A DNA stretch of 47,769 bases, filler included, from Jimgerdemannia flammicorona (lineage: Eukaryota): assembly GCA_003990765.1 (NCBI GenBank). It is 2 parts of 2 records of this genome, joined end to end, with 100 filler letters (N's around TTAATTAATTAA, not from the genome) between each part and the next. Parts side by side here need not be neighbours in the genome. Positions count along the whole stretch, not along the records: positions 23,936 to 47,769 come from RBNJ01001055.1; 1 more part is not named here. One strand, given 5' to 3'. A program made the position numbers and the translations under genes. The notes below the pieces were generated by a model. It was given only the letters and a program-made list of their open reading frames with translations. It made no database searches and was not told the DNA's origin. Shown piece by piece: positions 24,238 to 36,700 of this stretch (positions are counted from its first letter, which is position 1; each line of letters starts with the position of its first letter).

Positions 24238-27200
24238 AGATTTTAAAAATCAACATGACTTTTCAGCTCACAAGAACCTACAGTCAAACTGGATACATTT
24301 GATACAATACCAATCTCTGCCACTATAGGAGAATCAGTCATTACTAGCATTTGGACAGGAAGAGAAGTAATCACCTCAAGACTTGCCAACTACCCAGCAT
24401 CAGAAGGATCCCAACCAGAAGCAGGAGGTAGTATAGCCCAAAATCCCCAACCAGATCAACCAGATCAACCAGACAATACAGGCAGTTCTGCTAGAGATTT
24501 TGGAGAACTTGCACAAGAACTAAAAGACTTTATTACCCAGACCCAACACTTTACAGCCAGACACCCCACACCAGTCCCACTGATCTCACCAATAGAACCC
24601 CTACTACAACCCTTTGCAGAATCAGAAGTAGCTCCTACAAGAATACCTAGGCCTATTCCACCTCACTCAAGGACCAGAACACCATCTTCAAGATACCCAA
24701 GCACCCCTGTCTCTAGTGACAGTTCAGAAAGTGAATCAGAATCAGAATCCGAACCTGAACCAGAATCAGAAAAAAGTGACGATGAAATGGCCACCTCATT
24801 GCCAACCTTTGCAGGATACCCGGAGGAGGACCCCAGAGAATTTCTTGATGGAATTGAAGGAATTGCAGCTTTGAGAAATCTCTCAGATGAAAGAAAATCG
24901 CCATCTACAAAGCCCAGCTCAGAGAACCAGCCAGAGGAATTTTCCATCAAACAGCAAACAACCGAGATTCAGAACTAGCAAGACAGATACAAGCAGCAAT
25001 GTCTGATGAGCTAGAATATGAGGCCATGGTCCACTGGTTCATCAAAAAGTATGCAGGAAACAAAACCTACCACAAGGCTCAGAAATCTATTATAGGAATG
25101 AAGATGAATCTTGGAGAATCACCCAGAGTCTTCTTCACAAGAATCCAGAAAAGAATACATTCTGCTGGATTCAATGCCACCAACCAAGACATCATAGGTC
25201 CAATGACCTTCATGAATGAAATTCCTCTGAATATTGCCCAGCATGTCCGCACCCTAGGCATCAGAAGGTCTGAAGAACAAGTAGATACAGCCCAAGGATT
25301 CTTTGATGTCAGGCAAGGAACTACCTGGAGTGATCATGACAAGAAGGAAGATAAAGAAGATATCCTGGTCAAAGCCCTACAAGGACTCCTTCAAGGACAA
25401 GAAAGATTCGAAGAAAGAAGGCCTTCCAAGGAAGGAAAGAAGGACAGAAGTAAAATCCAAGACCTCAGCTCCAAGTTAGACCGATTGGTTGGCCAGATTG
25501 AAAAACTCACTACATGCAAAAATTGGAGCTACCAAGATAACAAAGGATACCCACCACAGAGGAGCCAAGGTTATCCACCAAGAGATAACAGGAATTACCA
25601 GCAAGAAGAAAGAAGGTACTGTGTCTGAGACAGAGCCCAGGTCCAATGCTTCCACTGTGGACAATTCGGACACTATGCTACTGAATGTGACAATAAAAGA
25701 AGTGACCAAAGGGACTCAGAACCAGCAAACTGAAGGAATGACACTCAGTACAAAAAGACTGAAGCCCATCCTGTTGAAGATTTTGAAGAAGCAAGTGACA
25801 GTAAAGACTACAGTGACCTAGACTTATACCCCACTAGGGTTACAACCCGAAAAACAGTCTATCCAGCAGAGAAAAGAAAGAGACCCATAGGAAGACCATC
25901 CAGGAATACCAGCAGAAGAATTATCCATGAAGAGGATGAAGAACATGAGGAGGAACAAGTAGAAACACCTCCCTGAACCCCCTTACCTTTTGTCCCCAAG
26001 ACAAACGAGTTGCCACCAGAAGATGAAGAAATGGAACAAGAAGAATGGGAACCTGCTGCTCCAAAGTCTAAGAAGAAGTATATCCTGAAGATCATGCCTA
26101 GAGTTATTTACAATGAAGCCTGGCAGAAGATTCAAGAAGCCAAGATGGAAGTCCCTCTCCTGCAGTTCTTGCAACTGACACCAGCTGGAGTCCAAAACAA
26201 ATTGCTGAGAACCACCATGTCTAGCACTGGCTGAGTTCCAATCCCACAGCAAGAACCAGCCTCCATCCCTGTCCAAGCAGCTGAAAGACATGTCAGCACC
26301 TACTTACATAGAGACATTAGTGGACAAAAAGCAAAAATCCTCATAGATACAGGAGCAGCTGTCTGTGTCATTGCCAAACGATTCTTGGACACCCTCCAAT
26401 GGCCCATTGATGGACCATCCAACCTCAGCATCATAGTAGCAGATGGAGCCCGAACTCAATCCCTTGGAGAAGTATGAAATATCACCATCTCCCTTGGACA
26501 CATTCAGTTCTCCATCCCTAAAGCTGTTGTCACCGAAGCTGTCACCTATGACATGATTCTTGACACCAACTGGATGAAGGAAATGAATGCAGTTGTTGAT
26601 ATCGGCCAACAAGTACTCAAGTTTGATTACTGAGACAAGAAGTATAGGGTTAAGGTGACCAGCTATGAGCAATTGAAGAAGAAAAAGAAGATCACTATTC
26701 AGGAAGAGTATGCCAGCAGTGAAGAATCCATCACAGAAGAAGAGGAAGAATCTGAAGATGGAAATGATCCCAGACTCAATCCCCGAATCAATCTGGTGGA
26801 TGACAGACCAGAAGACAATGTGTGGGCCAAAAACACTATCCCTATCACCATCAGAGCTATTGCAGAAGAAGTCAAAGGATGCTCTATATGCCTCAAGAGA
26901 CACAAGTGTCCTGAGCACTCCTCCAAGATCATGGGAACAAGGAAATTGCCTGGCATAGCCTGCCCAGAGTGCAGAAGGAAGAAAAAGAAATGCAGATATG
27001 TCCCAGAAACACCTGCAACTGAAGCTGCAGAAGTACAAGCAATTTGGGGTCAAGAATCATCCAAGGAAGAAGAAACTTCTGATCAAGAAGTTCCTGAACA
27101 AGAAGCACCTGATGAAGAAGAAGTCCCTGAACTCATCCTCTGGGATGACCCTTTCTGGACACCACCTAAAGACAATGACCCCTGGAATATAGAGGAAGGA

Positions 27201-27974
27201 CCCAGTACTATCACCATTATCTCTAAGGAAGAAACTCACCAAGAGAAAGCTTTCCAGCTAGGAAGATGTCTACATCAAATGGTCTTCCACTCTCCCCAAG
27301 ACTACTGCTATCAGTGTCATCTGTTGGACCAACAAGAAAGACAGAGACCCCAGAGACCAGAACCCCCAACTACTCTTGCACAGTCTACCACCTTCCAAGA
27401 AGTCACCACAAGGTTACAAAGTCAATTTAGGGGACAAGGCTTCTTCACTTGAACAGAAATATATCCCTTGTCTACCCTTCCCCCAACCTATGATCAAGAT
27501 GGGTACCGATTCTCAAGACAACAAGAGATAAATAGCCAGGAATATCATTTCCAAGCAATGGGATATTGCAACCATGGGAGATACCCTGATTGCTAAGACT
27601 GCAGACATCAGAAGATTCACCTCAGTCATGATGTTACAGTGCACACCTTGAAGAAAGGAGATAACCAAAGCCAGATCTGAAAAAGTCAGACTCAAAAAAG
27701 CCAGACCAAGAAGCCTGGAAAAAGAATTCTCAAGATCTATGATTTGGGAGAAGACATCATAGCTCTTATCAGACATGTAACTCACCAAGGATGGGCAGAA
27801 GATGCCACCAACTTCATGGAAGCCCTTGACCCTACAGGAAGGAGGGGAATCAACTACCTCCAAGATCCCTCTACTGGAGCCAGATGGCCACACCTCAACC
27901 TTAGAGCTTGGAGGCTTTCCGCTAGTGGAGCTTCAGCCTCTGGAAAGCCTGAACTCAGCAAGGACATTGCCCAG

Positions 27975-28374
27975 TATGTTCTACTGCACCCCAAGGCCAA
28001 ACCCCCAACCAAAGTCCACCCAGAAGATATAGGATATAACCTTCACAGCCTGGAGGATGAATCTATCAAGCCTGGAAAAACCTTTATGGTCAGAACTGGA
28101 TTAGCTATGCAGCCATCTCAAGGAGCCTATATTCAACTGACCTCAAGGTCTGGACTTGCCAGACAAGGGATAACTGTAGAAGGAGGAACCATTGACCCTG
28201 GATATATAGGCAAAATCAAGATTATCATACACAACAGCAGTGCAGAATGGCACTGAATCATTAGAGGACAAAAGATTGTCCAAGCAGTCTTCATGAAGGT
28301 CAAGACTCTACAGTTACAGGAAGTCTCTAAACTAACTGAAGGAACAAGACAAGCCAAGGGATTTGGAAGTTCAG
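27975..28374 (+). pseudogene. Trimeric dUTPase domain inside gypsy pol, with one in-frame TGA at 28254
   Basis: All five motifs are recognisable: DIGYNL, RSGLA, GTIDPGYIG, IVQ and RQAKGFGSS. Confidence 0.9.
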
Positions 28375-30161
28375 ACAGGAAAGAGGTACATCTCCTTCAA
28401 GTCAACCACCTAAAGAGGAATGTTCTCCAGCAAGTATACCAGCAACCAGTCAGACTACACAAGAATCTCATCCTGGAGCCTAGAGAACAAACTACCTTCG
28501 AAATATTTGCACCACCTGACCCCAGGAACCTTTTCTTTGAACCCAAGGAAGATATCCCACACCTGGACATAGAAGGACATACATTCCCTGACAAAATGAA
28601 CCCAGTACACTCCCAAGCAACCAACCAAAGTTGGGAGACCATCATCTTGCTGAAAGGAACCACCATAGGACATCTGGTGCCTTTTCTCAACTGAACCCAT
28701 AGGGAAGTTTATGAACTAAACCTATCAGGAAATGGCAAAAGGTCCCAGAAGAAAGGAAAGACCTCTCTGCAACCCAGGAGACAGTGAAGCCTTCCACCAA
28801 TATTGGAGAAGAATTGACACCTCAACAATAGCAACAACTAGTAGAACTTCTCAACAAATATCAAGATATCTTTACTACCAATTATGGCAACCTGCCATAC
28901 AATCCATCATATCACCATAGCATAAATACAGGAAATGCAACATCCATCTGGCAGAAACCCTATAGAATACCCCATCACTTGAAAACATTTAAAAAGGAGC
29001 ACATCCAAGAACTCTTAGACAATGGAGTCATCTGACCCTCTACCAGCCCCTGGGCCAGCCCTATACTTATTGTACCAAAGAAAGGAGGATGGAGACTCTG
29101 TGTGGATTACAGGAAACTCAACTTAGTTACTGAAAAGGATACTTATCCTTTGCCCAGAATCGATGACCTTTTGGATCAGTTACAAGATGCCAGATACTTC
29201 AGCAGTATGGACCTCTTCACAGGATTCTATAAGATCCCCATGGACCCCAAGGACATTCAAAAGACAGCCTTCCTTGCTCTAGAAAAACTGTTTGAATACC
29301 TCTGAATGCCCTTTGGACTCTGCAATGCACCCCCCACCTTTTAGAGGATGATGAATTCAGTCTATGCCCCCTTGATCCACCACTGTCTGATTGTATATAT
29401 GGATGATTCCAACATCTATTCAGCAAATTTTGAAGAACACTTGTACCACCTAGAAGAATTCTTCAAGCTCACCTATAAGAATCACTTGAGATTGAATGTA
29501 AAGAAATGCTACTTTGGGAAACAGAAACTTGAATTCTTGAGATTCATAGTTTCAAAAGAAGGAACTCATGTAGACCCAAAGAAAACCAAGAAGATCAACA
29601 ATTGGCCGGTACCCAAGACTCCAAAGGAAATACTATCATTCTTGATGTTAGTATCCTACTATAGAAGGTTTATCAAAGATTTTGCCCAAATCGCTACCCC
29701 AATTCGGCCAAGCCAATGGAAGCCCCCTTCAAAGGATCCAAGCTCATCAAGAAAATCTCACCTTGGCCAGACACCTACTACAAGTCCACCAACTGCAGGC
29801 CTATTATGCAATTGGTGAATGATTGCAGAACCTTCCAGCCCCAGAACAGACCTACATCAGGAATACCACAGGTCTGACCAAAAGAGACACTACTGCTGCA
29901 GACAGACTATATACTATTTATAAACGAAATGTCACAGCCCTGACACAGGCACAATTCTCCCTGAATGATATTTAAGGAATGAACCCTGTTACCTATTTGA
30001 GCATCATCAACTCTGAAGAAGCAGAAGAGCCCATAGAATAGAGTAACCCCAGTACAGACAATGAAGATGATGGAACAGGTATAGATGCAGAAACAGCCTA
30101 TGCTTATTGGGATGATGACTGAAGAATAGTCTGAGACAGACTACCCTTCAGTAGGGGCTGA

Positions 30162-31562
30162 TGTGACAAACCAAAATGTATCATCCGAATTATATCTTAA
30201 CCAGATGATATGAACAATTAGGCAAGATGATACAAATACACAGCATAGTAACTAGTAACCATTGCTGCAGAAAACTGTATAAATAGCCAGAGATACCAGA
30301 AAGGGTCTGTTTACCTGTACAGACTCTGTACACCTGCCATAAATAGCAGATCTATAGTTAGCCACATAGTAACCAGATAGCAACCAACTTGTATAAATTA
30401 CCCCAGAGACAAGAGTGAATAAACCTCAGTCCAAATTGAAGTGCAAACCAAAGAAGCCTCTAAAGATTGAGCAATTGGTCCTCTTATTCCCACTCTGGTC
30501 CACTTTCTGATACAAAGCTTGAAGATTTGCCACCTAAGTTCAAGGAAGAACTTTGCCACCTTTTGAAGAACTTGCCACTTAAGGAATACGCTGCGCTATT
30601 GGTATGCTTGCCAGATAAGCCTGAAGAACCCCAGTTTCTGCATTCCCAGAGAGCCTTGCCACAAGTCAGTCCCTGATGCAACTTCACAGTAGAGCCAGTC
30701 TATTGACACAACTCTATACAAATGAAGCCAGTCTCAACATAACTTGCCAAGAACCTGAGTTATTATTCCCAGAAGAGCCTGATTCAGGAAGAATCTATGC
30801 CACCCAAGTTATCTGAGTTATCCACCATTTCTAAGTTATCCGAGTAGTATTCTCAGTTGAAGCCACTGATTCAGGAAGAATCTGCACCATCCGAGTTAAT
30901 TCCCAGTTAAGCTGCCATTTTCAAGAAGCCTGCCGATTTAGGAGAATTCACATCATCCGCCGCCTTTGAGTTACCCACCGTATTCCCAGTTGAAGCTGCC
31001 GATCCAGGAAGAATCTGCACCATGTATTCCCAGATGAGCCCGATTCATACCTTCTGAGTTATCTGTTGTTCCCAGTGAGCCCAGTAAGGAGAACCCACGC
31101 CATATATTCCCAGTGAGCCAAATTGAGCTATCCACCAGAAATCGCATACTTTTGGAAATTGTCATGCTACACGAGGATTGTCATGCAGAGATCATCATAC
31201 TATACAGAGATTGATACACAGAAATTACATAAGGAGAACCACTAAATTACCAGACTATCATGTACAGAGATTGTCATACTACACAAGACCATCATCCAGA
31301 AATCGCATACTTTTGGAGATTGCCTTGCTATACAAAATTGTGCCATTCCCAGTTGACCCAAGAAGGAAAAGACATACAAATCGCCGCTATGCCCAGAGAA
31401 CTGTCCCAATAAGGAAATTGCTCACAGATATCCAGTCTTGACTATTATACCGCTAAACACCAAGAACATTTTGTTGCTTTTTAACAAAGTAACTGGGGCT
31501 CAAGCCAAACTACATCAACCCCCCAACCTTGTAATTTGCCTCCATTGAGCCAGTGCATTACA
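30162..31562 (+). repeat. Gypsy 3' LTR (~1.4 kb, TGT...ACA) with internal repeats
   Basis: Starts TGTGACA after the PPT and ends CATTACA. It contains repeated CAGGAAGAATCT and CCAGAAATCGCATACTTTTGGA units. Confidence 0.88.
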
Positions 31563-33719
31563 CTATAAAGGTCTTAATATTTTTGTCATTTTTGATTAGT
31601 AGAATTCTCTAAAGATAAGATTATAGATATTTTCAAATTTAAGTATTCTATTGCTAGAGTATTATGAAATTCATATATAATCTTGAGATAGAGAATATTA
31701 TTCCTAGATATTTACCACTCTTTCATAGTTCTGATAGATGAGTCTATCTTGATAAGTAAACCTTTTGACTATTCTTTTTATTAATTCTGATACCTTAGTC
31801 TCTGGATCCTGATAGTACCAGAGAAAATTTAATAGTAGACTATCTTATTAGTAGTTATTTATGATCAGTTGGATGAGATATATATCTAATTATCTCAACT
31901 ATGAAGATAATTTTATCTTCCATATATCTTGAGAAACTATTAGTTATTTAGTTAATTTTATCTAGAATATACTTAACTTCTATATTAAAGAGAGTAATAA
32001 TTTCTATCTAATATACTTATCTATATATAGATCAGTATTGACTAAGTATAGATATTATAATATACCTAGCTCAATGGAGGTAAATTGCTACTATATAGAT
32101 TGGCTTAAGCCCTTAATTACTTTGTCAAAAAGTAATAAAATATTCAATAGTTTCTAGTACAAATTTATATAATACAGATAATTTGAGTATATAATTTTCT
32201 TATTAAAATGAGTTCTTAAAATATAAGCAATTTTCTTATAAAAGAGATAATGGTAATTTTTATATAGTATGAGTACTGGAGTTAGAATTAAAGTACTCAA
32301 GATAACAAGTATAATCTCTACCATAATAGTCAATCAAAATACACTATAGCCAAAAGTTATAGAATAATAGAGAAATAGTAACTCTATAGAGAAACTCACA
32401 AAGAAGTTTGCTGAAATGACTGCTTATCTAGAAGATATAATAAAGAAAATCAGAGAGAGAGATTGTTGAGCAGTTCAGAATATTGCTGCCATCTTAGATA
32501 AAAAGAGAAATACCTACTACAGTATAGAGAAGAAGGCTACTACTCTTACAAATATATAAGTAAGACTAAGTATAAGGTCTAGCCAAGCAATGCTATCTGA
32601 AACAAAGAGTAGACCAATATTATCATCTTCAAAGAAATTAAAGAATCTGATGAAGAAGAATAGGAGACCTATCTTACTTAGACTACTAAGAAAGATGTCT
32701 ACAAAGAGTCCATAAGAGACCACCAGAAAGGCCTAAGAAGAATATAGTAAAAAAAAAATGGAGGCAATTATAGAAAGTAAAATTACTACTAAATAAATAA
32801 ACCAAGATATAGAGCTTAAGCAAGTAGTTAAAGATATCATCCAAAGAACTACTCTGACCAGTGAGAGAGAAAAAGAGAAGAAGCTTCACAAGACTAAGAT
32901 CTTTAAATATAATATCTTCAAAGATCTCAGCCAACAAAAGGTCAATACAATCTTTGGCCAACTAGTAAAAATCCTCACATTTAGAAAACAAATGAAATTT
33001 AAACTTACTGAGATAGCTAAAAACTAAGGTTGAAAGATAACTGAGGTCAATAATATTTAAAAAGACTCTGGAGAAGAGAGTGAAGATAATTGCAAGATCT
33101 CTATCTATACAATCTATCAGATTGAGAACAGAGTCTTTGAAGACATTATTAATACTAGAGTGAGAGGATGCCTCCTCAGTAAGAAGACAGTAGACTGTCT
33201 AGGATGAGTGATTGAAAAAGCAACCAAGTTAGTATTTGTTATAACAGATAATATAAAAGCCACATCTCTAAGAAAGATCTAAGATATTTCCATTAAGTTA
33301 GAAGAGTAACTATCCTAGTAGATATAATTATAATCAATATGATATTCTCATTAGCAATCAATAGCTTCATAAAGTTAGAAAAATAATTGATCTGAATACT
33401 TAGAAGATACAGATCATCTACTATAGACAGAAGATATAAATTTCTATCAATATTAACAAAAGAGTCCTATCTGAAATAGAGGAAGGAAAAAGTGAGCAAG
33501 AAGAAGCTTATATAGTGACTACTCAGAAAAAGAAGAAGGACTGACTAGTACAGATATTAATCTTCTTAGTTCTATAGCCAAAGATTATGAAAGTCAAAAA
33601 GTTAAAGAAATAAATAAAGAAAAGAAAAGATTCAGATCTACAAGAAGAGGAGTTATTATTAGCACCAAGATCACTAACTGATCACAAAAAGAAGGAAACT
33701 ATAAACAAGTACAGCTATA

Positions 33720-36700
33720 TACAGGCATCTTTCTCTAGTAACATTTGGGTTATACAACCTCTTGGCAATACTTTCAATACAGTTTCTAGAGAAAAGCTAC
33801 TAGTATTATAGCAACCATTGAGCATTCCAAGGTACATACTGGGCAGGATGGCCCAGGTGCTTTTGACTGACAGTATGTGGGAAGAAGTCCTGGCTTGGGG
33901 GGAAGCATGAGGGGTCTGCTGATAGGAGGATGTGGTAGGAGAGGGGGAAGCACTGGAGGTCAGGGGACAGAGAGAGAGAAGCACTGGAGGTCAGGGGACA
34001 GAGAGGGTGAGCTTTGTAGATAAGGTGAAGGGAGGTCAGTAGGATACTGGGCTGGAGGGCTGGCTTAGGAGAGACAAGGAGACAGTGAAGACAGCAGAGT
34101 GGTGGCCCCAAGGGAGAGTCTCTCTGGGGGGCTGGAATAGTGGGACTGGTGGTGTAGGAGCAGAGAGAGTGACTGCTGATGGGAGTATAATGGGTGATCA
34201 GGAAAAAAATATAGATAGGACTGCTGATAGTGGACCAAGCAGCAGGAAAGGCATGAAGCCTAGTAACCTGACAGATGGTGTAACAGGACTGGCAGTAGCA
34301 CTATTACTCAAGAAGTCAATCTCAGAGTTTGCAGTTACTTTGTACTTCTGGGGCTTAGCAGTGATGATGGAAATGGTCCTGGGGCTGATTGCTCAGCAGG
34401 TGGCTGGAGCAGTGTCTGTAAAGTTCCTGAAGGGACTAGAAGAAGTAGAGGTTGGCTTCGAGAAGGGTGGACCACTGGAGGAGGTACTGAAGGCAGGGTT
34501 GACAGTTGGAGAGATATGTATTCTAATGGCATGCTGCTTGAGGTGGGACCCCAGAGTGGTGCAATTGCTAGTGAAGAGAGTGCCCATGGTGACTACTGCA
34601 GAGATAAGGAGAAGAGTGGAAGAAGTTATAGCCAAGTATAGCAAGGTGGTGAATGTTGGGTTCTAGGTCTGAGAGGGGACCTCATTCAGAACTAGGGATA
34701 TAGATGTTCAAATTCAGTTAGCAGGGAAGGAGGCTACTGGGAAGACTAGGGACTGGCCCTCAGTGATGGTCTGGGGGGCTTTCTTGTATAAGGTGACAAG
34801 GGTGAAGGAGAGCAAGAAGGAGGAAGAGGATCTGCTGAAGGCACTAAAAGAGCTGAGTGGTGCTGTGGAGTGGAGGGTGAAGGCTTGGAAGGCATATGTT
34901 GAGTTGGTGCATTTGGAAATAGTAGATAGAAAGAGGATTTGGATGGATAAGGGGTGGTGGGAGAGATCCCAAGAGTGTAAGCAGTAGAGAGAGCTATTGG
35001 CAAAACTGAAAAATAGAGTGAAGAAGGATACTGATGATGTTGAAATTGTGGGGAGAGCCAAGGAGAGTATATGAGCTAATGAGAAGAGAGAGAATGCAGA
35101 GAAGGGGCCAGAAGGAGGAGAGGTGGCAAAGGGTAGCAATCCTTATGTGAATGATACCTTTGAGGTCTGGGAGCTGTATCTGACCCCTATATCACTTATT
35201 AGATGAGATCCAGCTTTGAGAGGCAGGGTGGCAGAAGATGTACCCAAGTGGAGAGCCCAGAGAGTACACTTTGGAGTTCCTGAGGTAATAAAGGAGGAGC
35301 AGATAGTGGTGGTAGGTGAGGATGAACTGGTGGATATTCAGAAGGAGGTATGGGATGAGGCTGTAAGTACTGGGGCTGATATCTCAATGCTGGATAGAGG
35401 GCAGCTAGCAACTTCTGAGGGGAAGGAGGTGGGAAATTTATTATAGATGTGTAAGATGATAAACAACTTTGTAGTGGAGGAGTTGGGGAAGGTGGACCTG
35501 CAAGTGATGAGTGATGAGCATTGAGTGTGTATTCTGTGAGGTGAGGAAGTAGTAGAGGCACTGAAGGCAGAGATTCTTATAGTTTTCCTGGAGGAGGAAG
35601 GTTATGAGGTTGATAAGGAGTGGGAGGCTGGGCTGGCAGTTATTGCTGGTGAGAAGGCTGCTTACTATTGGGCAGAGCAGCATGGGTTGCAACCCTGATA
35701 GGAGGTCTGCCTGGAATATTATAAAGAATTTAAGGAGAAAGAGGATAGAGAGCTTAAGGAACTTCTGGTTAAATTGAAGGCAGAGGAGGAGGAAGCTGCA
35801 GAACATAATCTGGACCTAGCTCAGGATGAGATGTATATAGAGCAGTAGAGGATTTGCTTACTCTTATATATTATTCCTTATGAATAGTACAACTAACATT
35901 TTTTCTTTGAATGTGAATGAGCTACAGAGTTTATTTCATCAATGGAATATTTTTACTTGGTTGAAGGGATTGGAGGCTGATCTCTTTCTTTTGCAGAATA
36001 TCAGGTGTGAGGATGATTTGGATAAACTGAAATAGATGAAGAAATGGAGAGAAGAGGCAATCTGGAAGGGCAAGGTTGGAATTCTGGTCAGGAAGAGCAG
36101 AGGGGAGATATATGATATATAGAACTGGGGAGACAGGTTGGTTTGGAGTGAGTGGATTCAAACTGGTCAAGAACTGGTTACAGTGGGATCCTGCTACTGT
36201 CCTACAGTATGGGGTGAGTGTGTAGAGTAGGTGAAGAGACTCCTGGAGGAAGAGCCACTGGTGGAGGCTAGAGTGGATGTACTTGGTGGAGACTTTAATA
36301 TGGTCTGAGATATACTGACAGATAGAACTAATGGAGGGTGGAGGACTGTGGATAAGAGTGAAGGCTTGGAGATATGGGAGGAAGTCAAGAGGCTGAGTGC
36401 TTTAGTGGATGCTAGCAGGGAGCTGTAGGGTAACAGAAGGGTATATACATATTGAGCAAGTGGCCTGGAGACATGGATTGACTGGATTTTGATAGCAGAC
36501 TGCTGGTGTTTGGATGTTTGGAGGTCTCTGGAGATGGAATAGTATCTGTGGTCTGATTATTGGAGACTGCTGGGACAGGGATATTTTGGAGAGAGTGGGG
36601 ATGGGCTGGGACATTGACACCTCAACTCCTCCTTGTTAGACAATAAGATACTGTGGGACAAGTGGGCTGCAGATATTCAGCAGAGGGTGGAGGGGTAGAT

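Larger units (their letters stand above)
23941..31562 (+). mobile_element. Ty3/gypsy LTR retrotransposon with dUTPase; RNase H and integrase missing
   Basis: Partial 5' LTR to 24218, then PBS and gag with CFHCGQFGHYATEC. Protease LIDTGA (~26340), dUTPase and RT (SPWASP, DYRKLN, YPLPRIDD, YMDD) follow. PPT AGTAGGGG precedes the 3' LTR at 30162-31562. Confidence 0.93.

Noticed and set aside
26304..27053. 249-aa minus-strand ORF
   Set aside because: It is the antisense shadow of the purine-rich gypsy pol region.
30770..31320. Repeats in the gypsy LTR as a CRISPR-like array
   Set aside because: Units are degenerate and irregularly spaced inside a eukaryotic LTR, and there are no cas genes.
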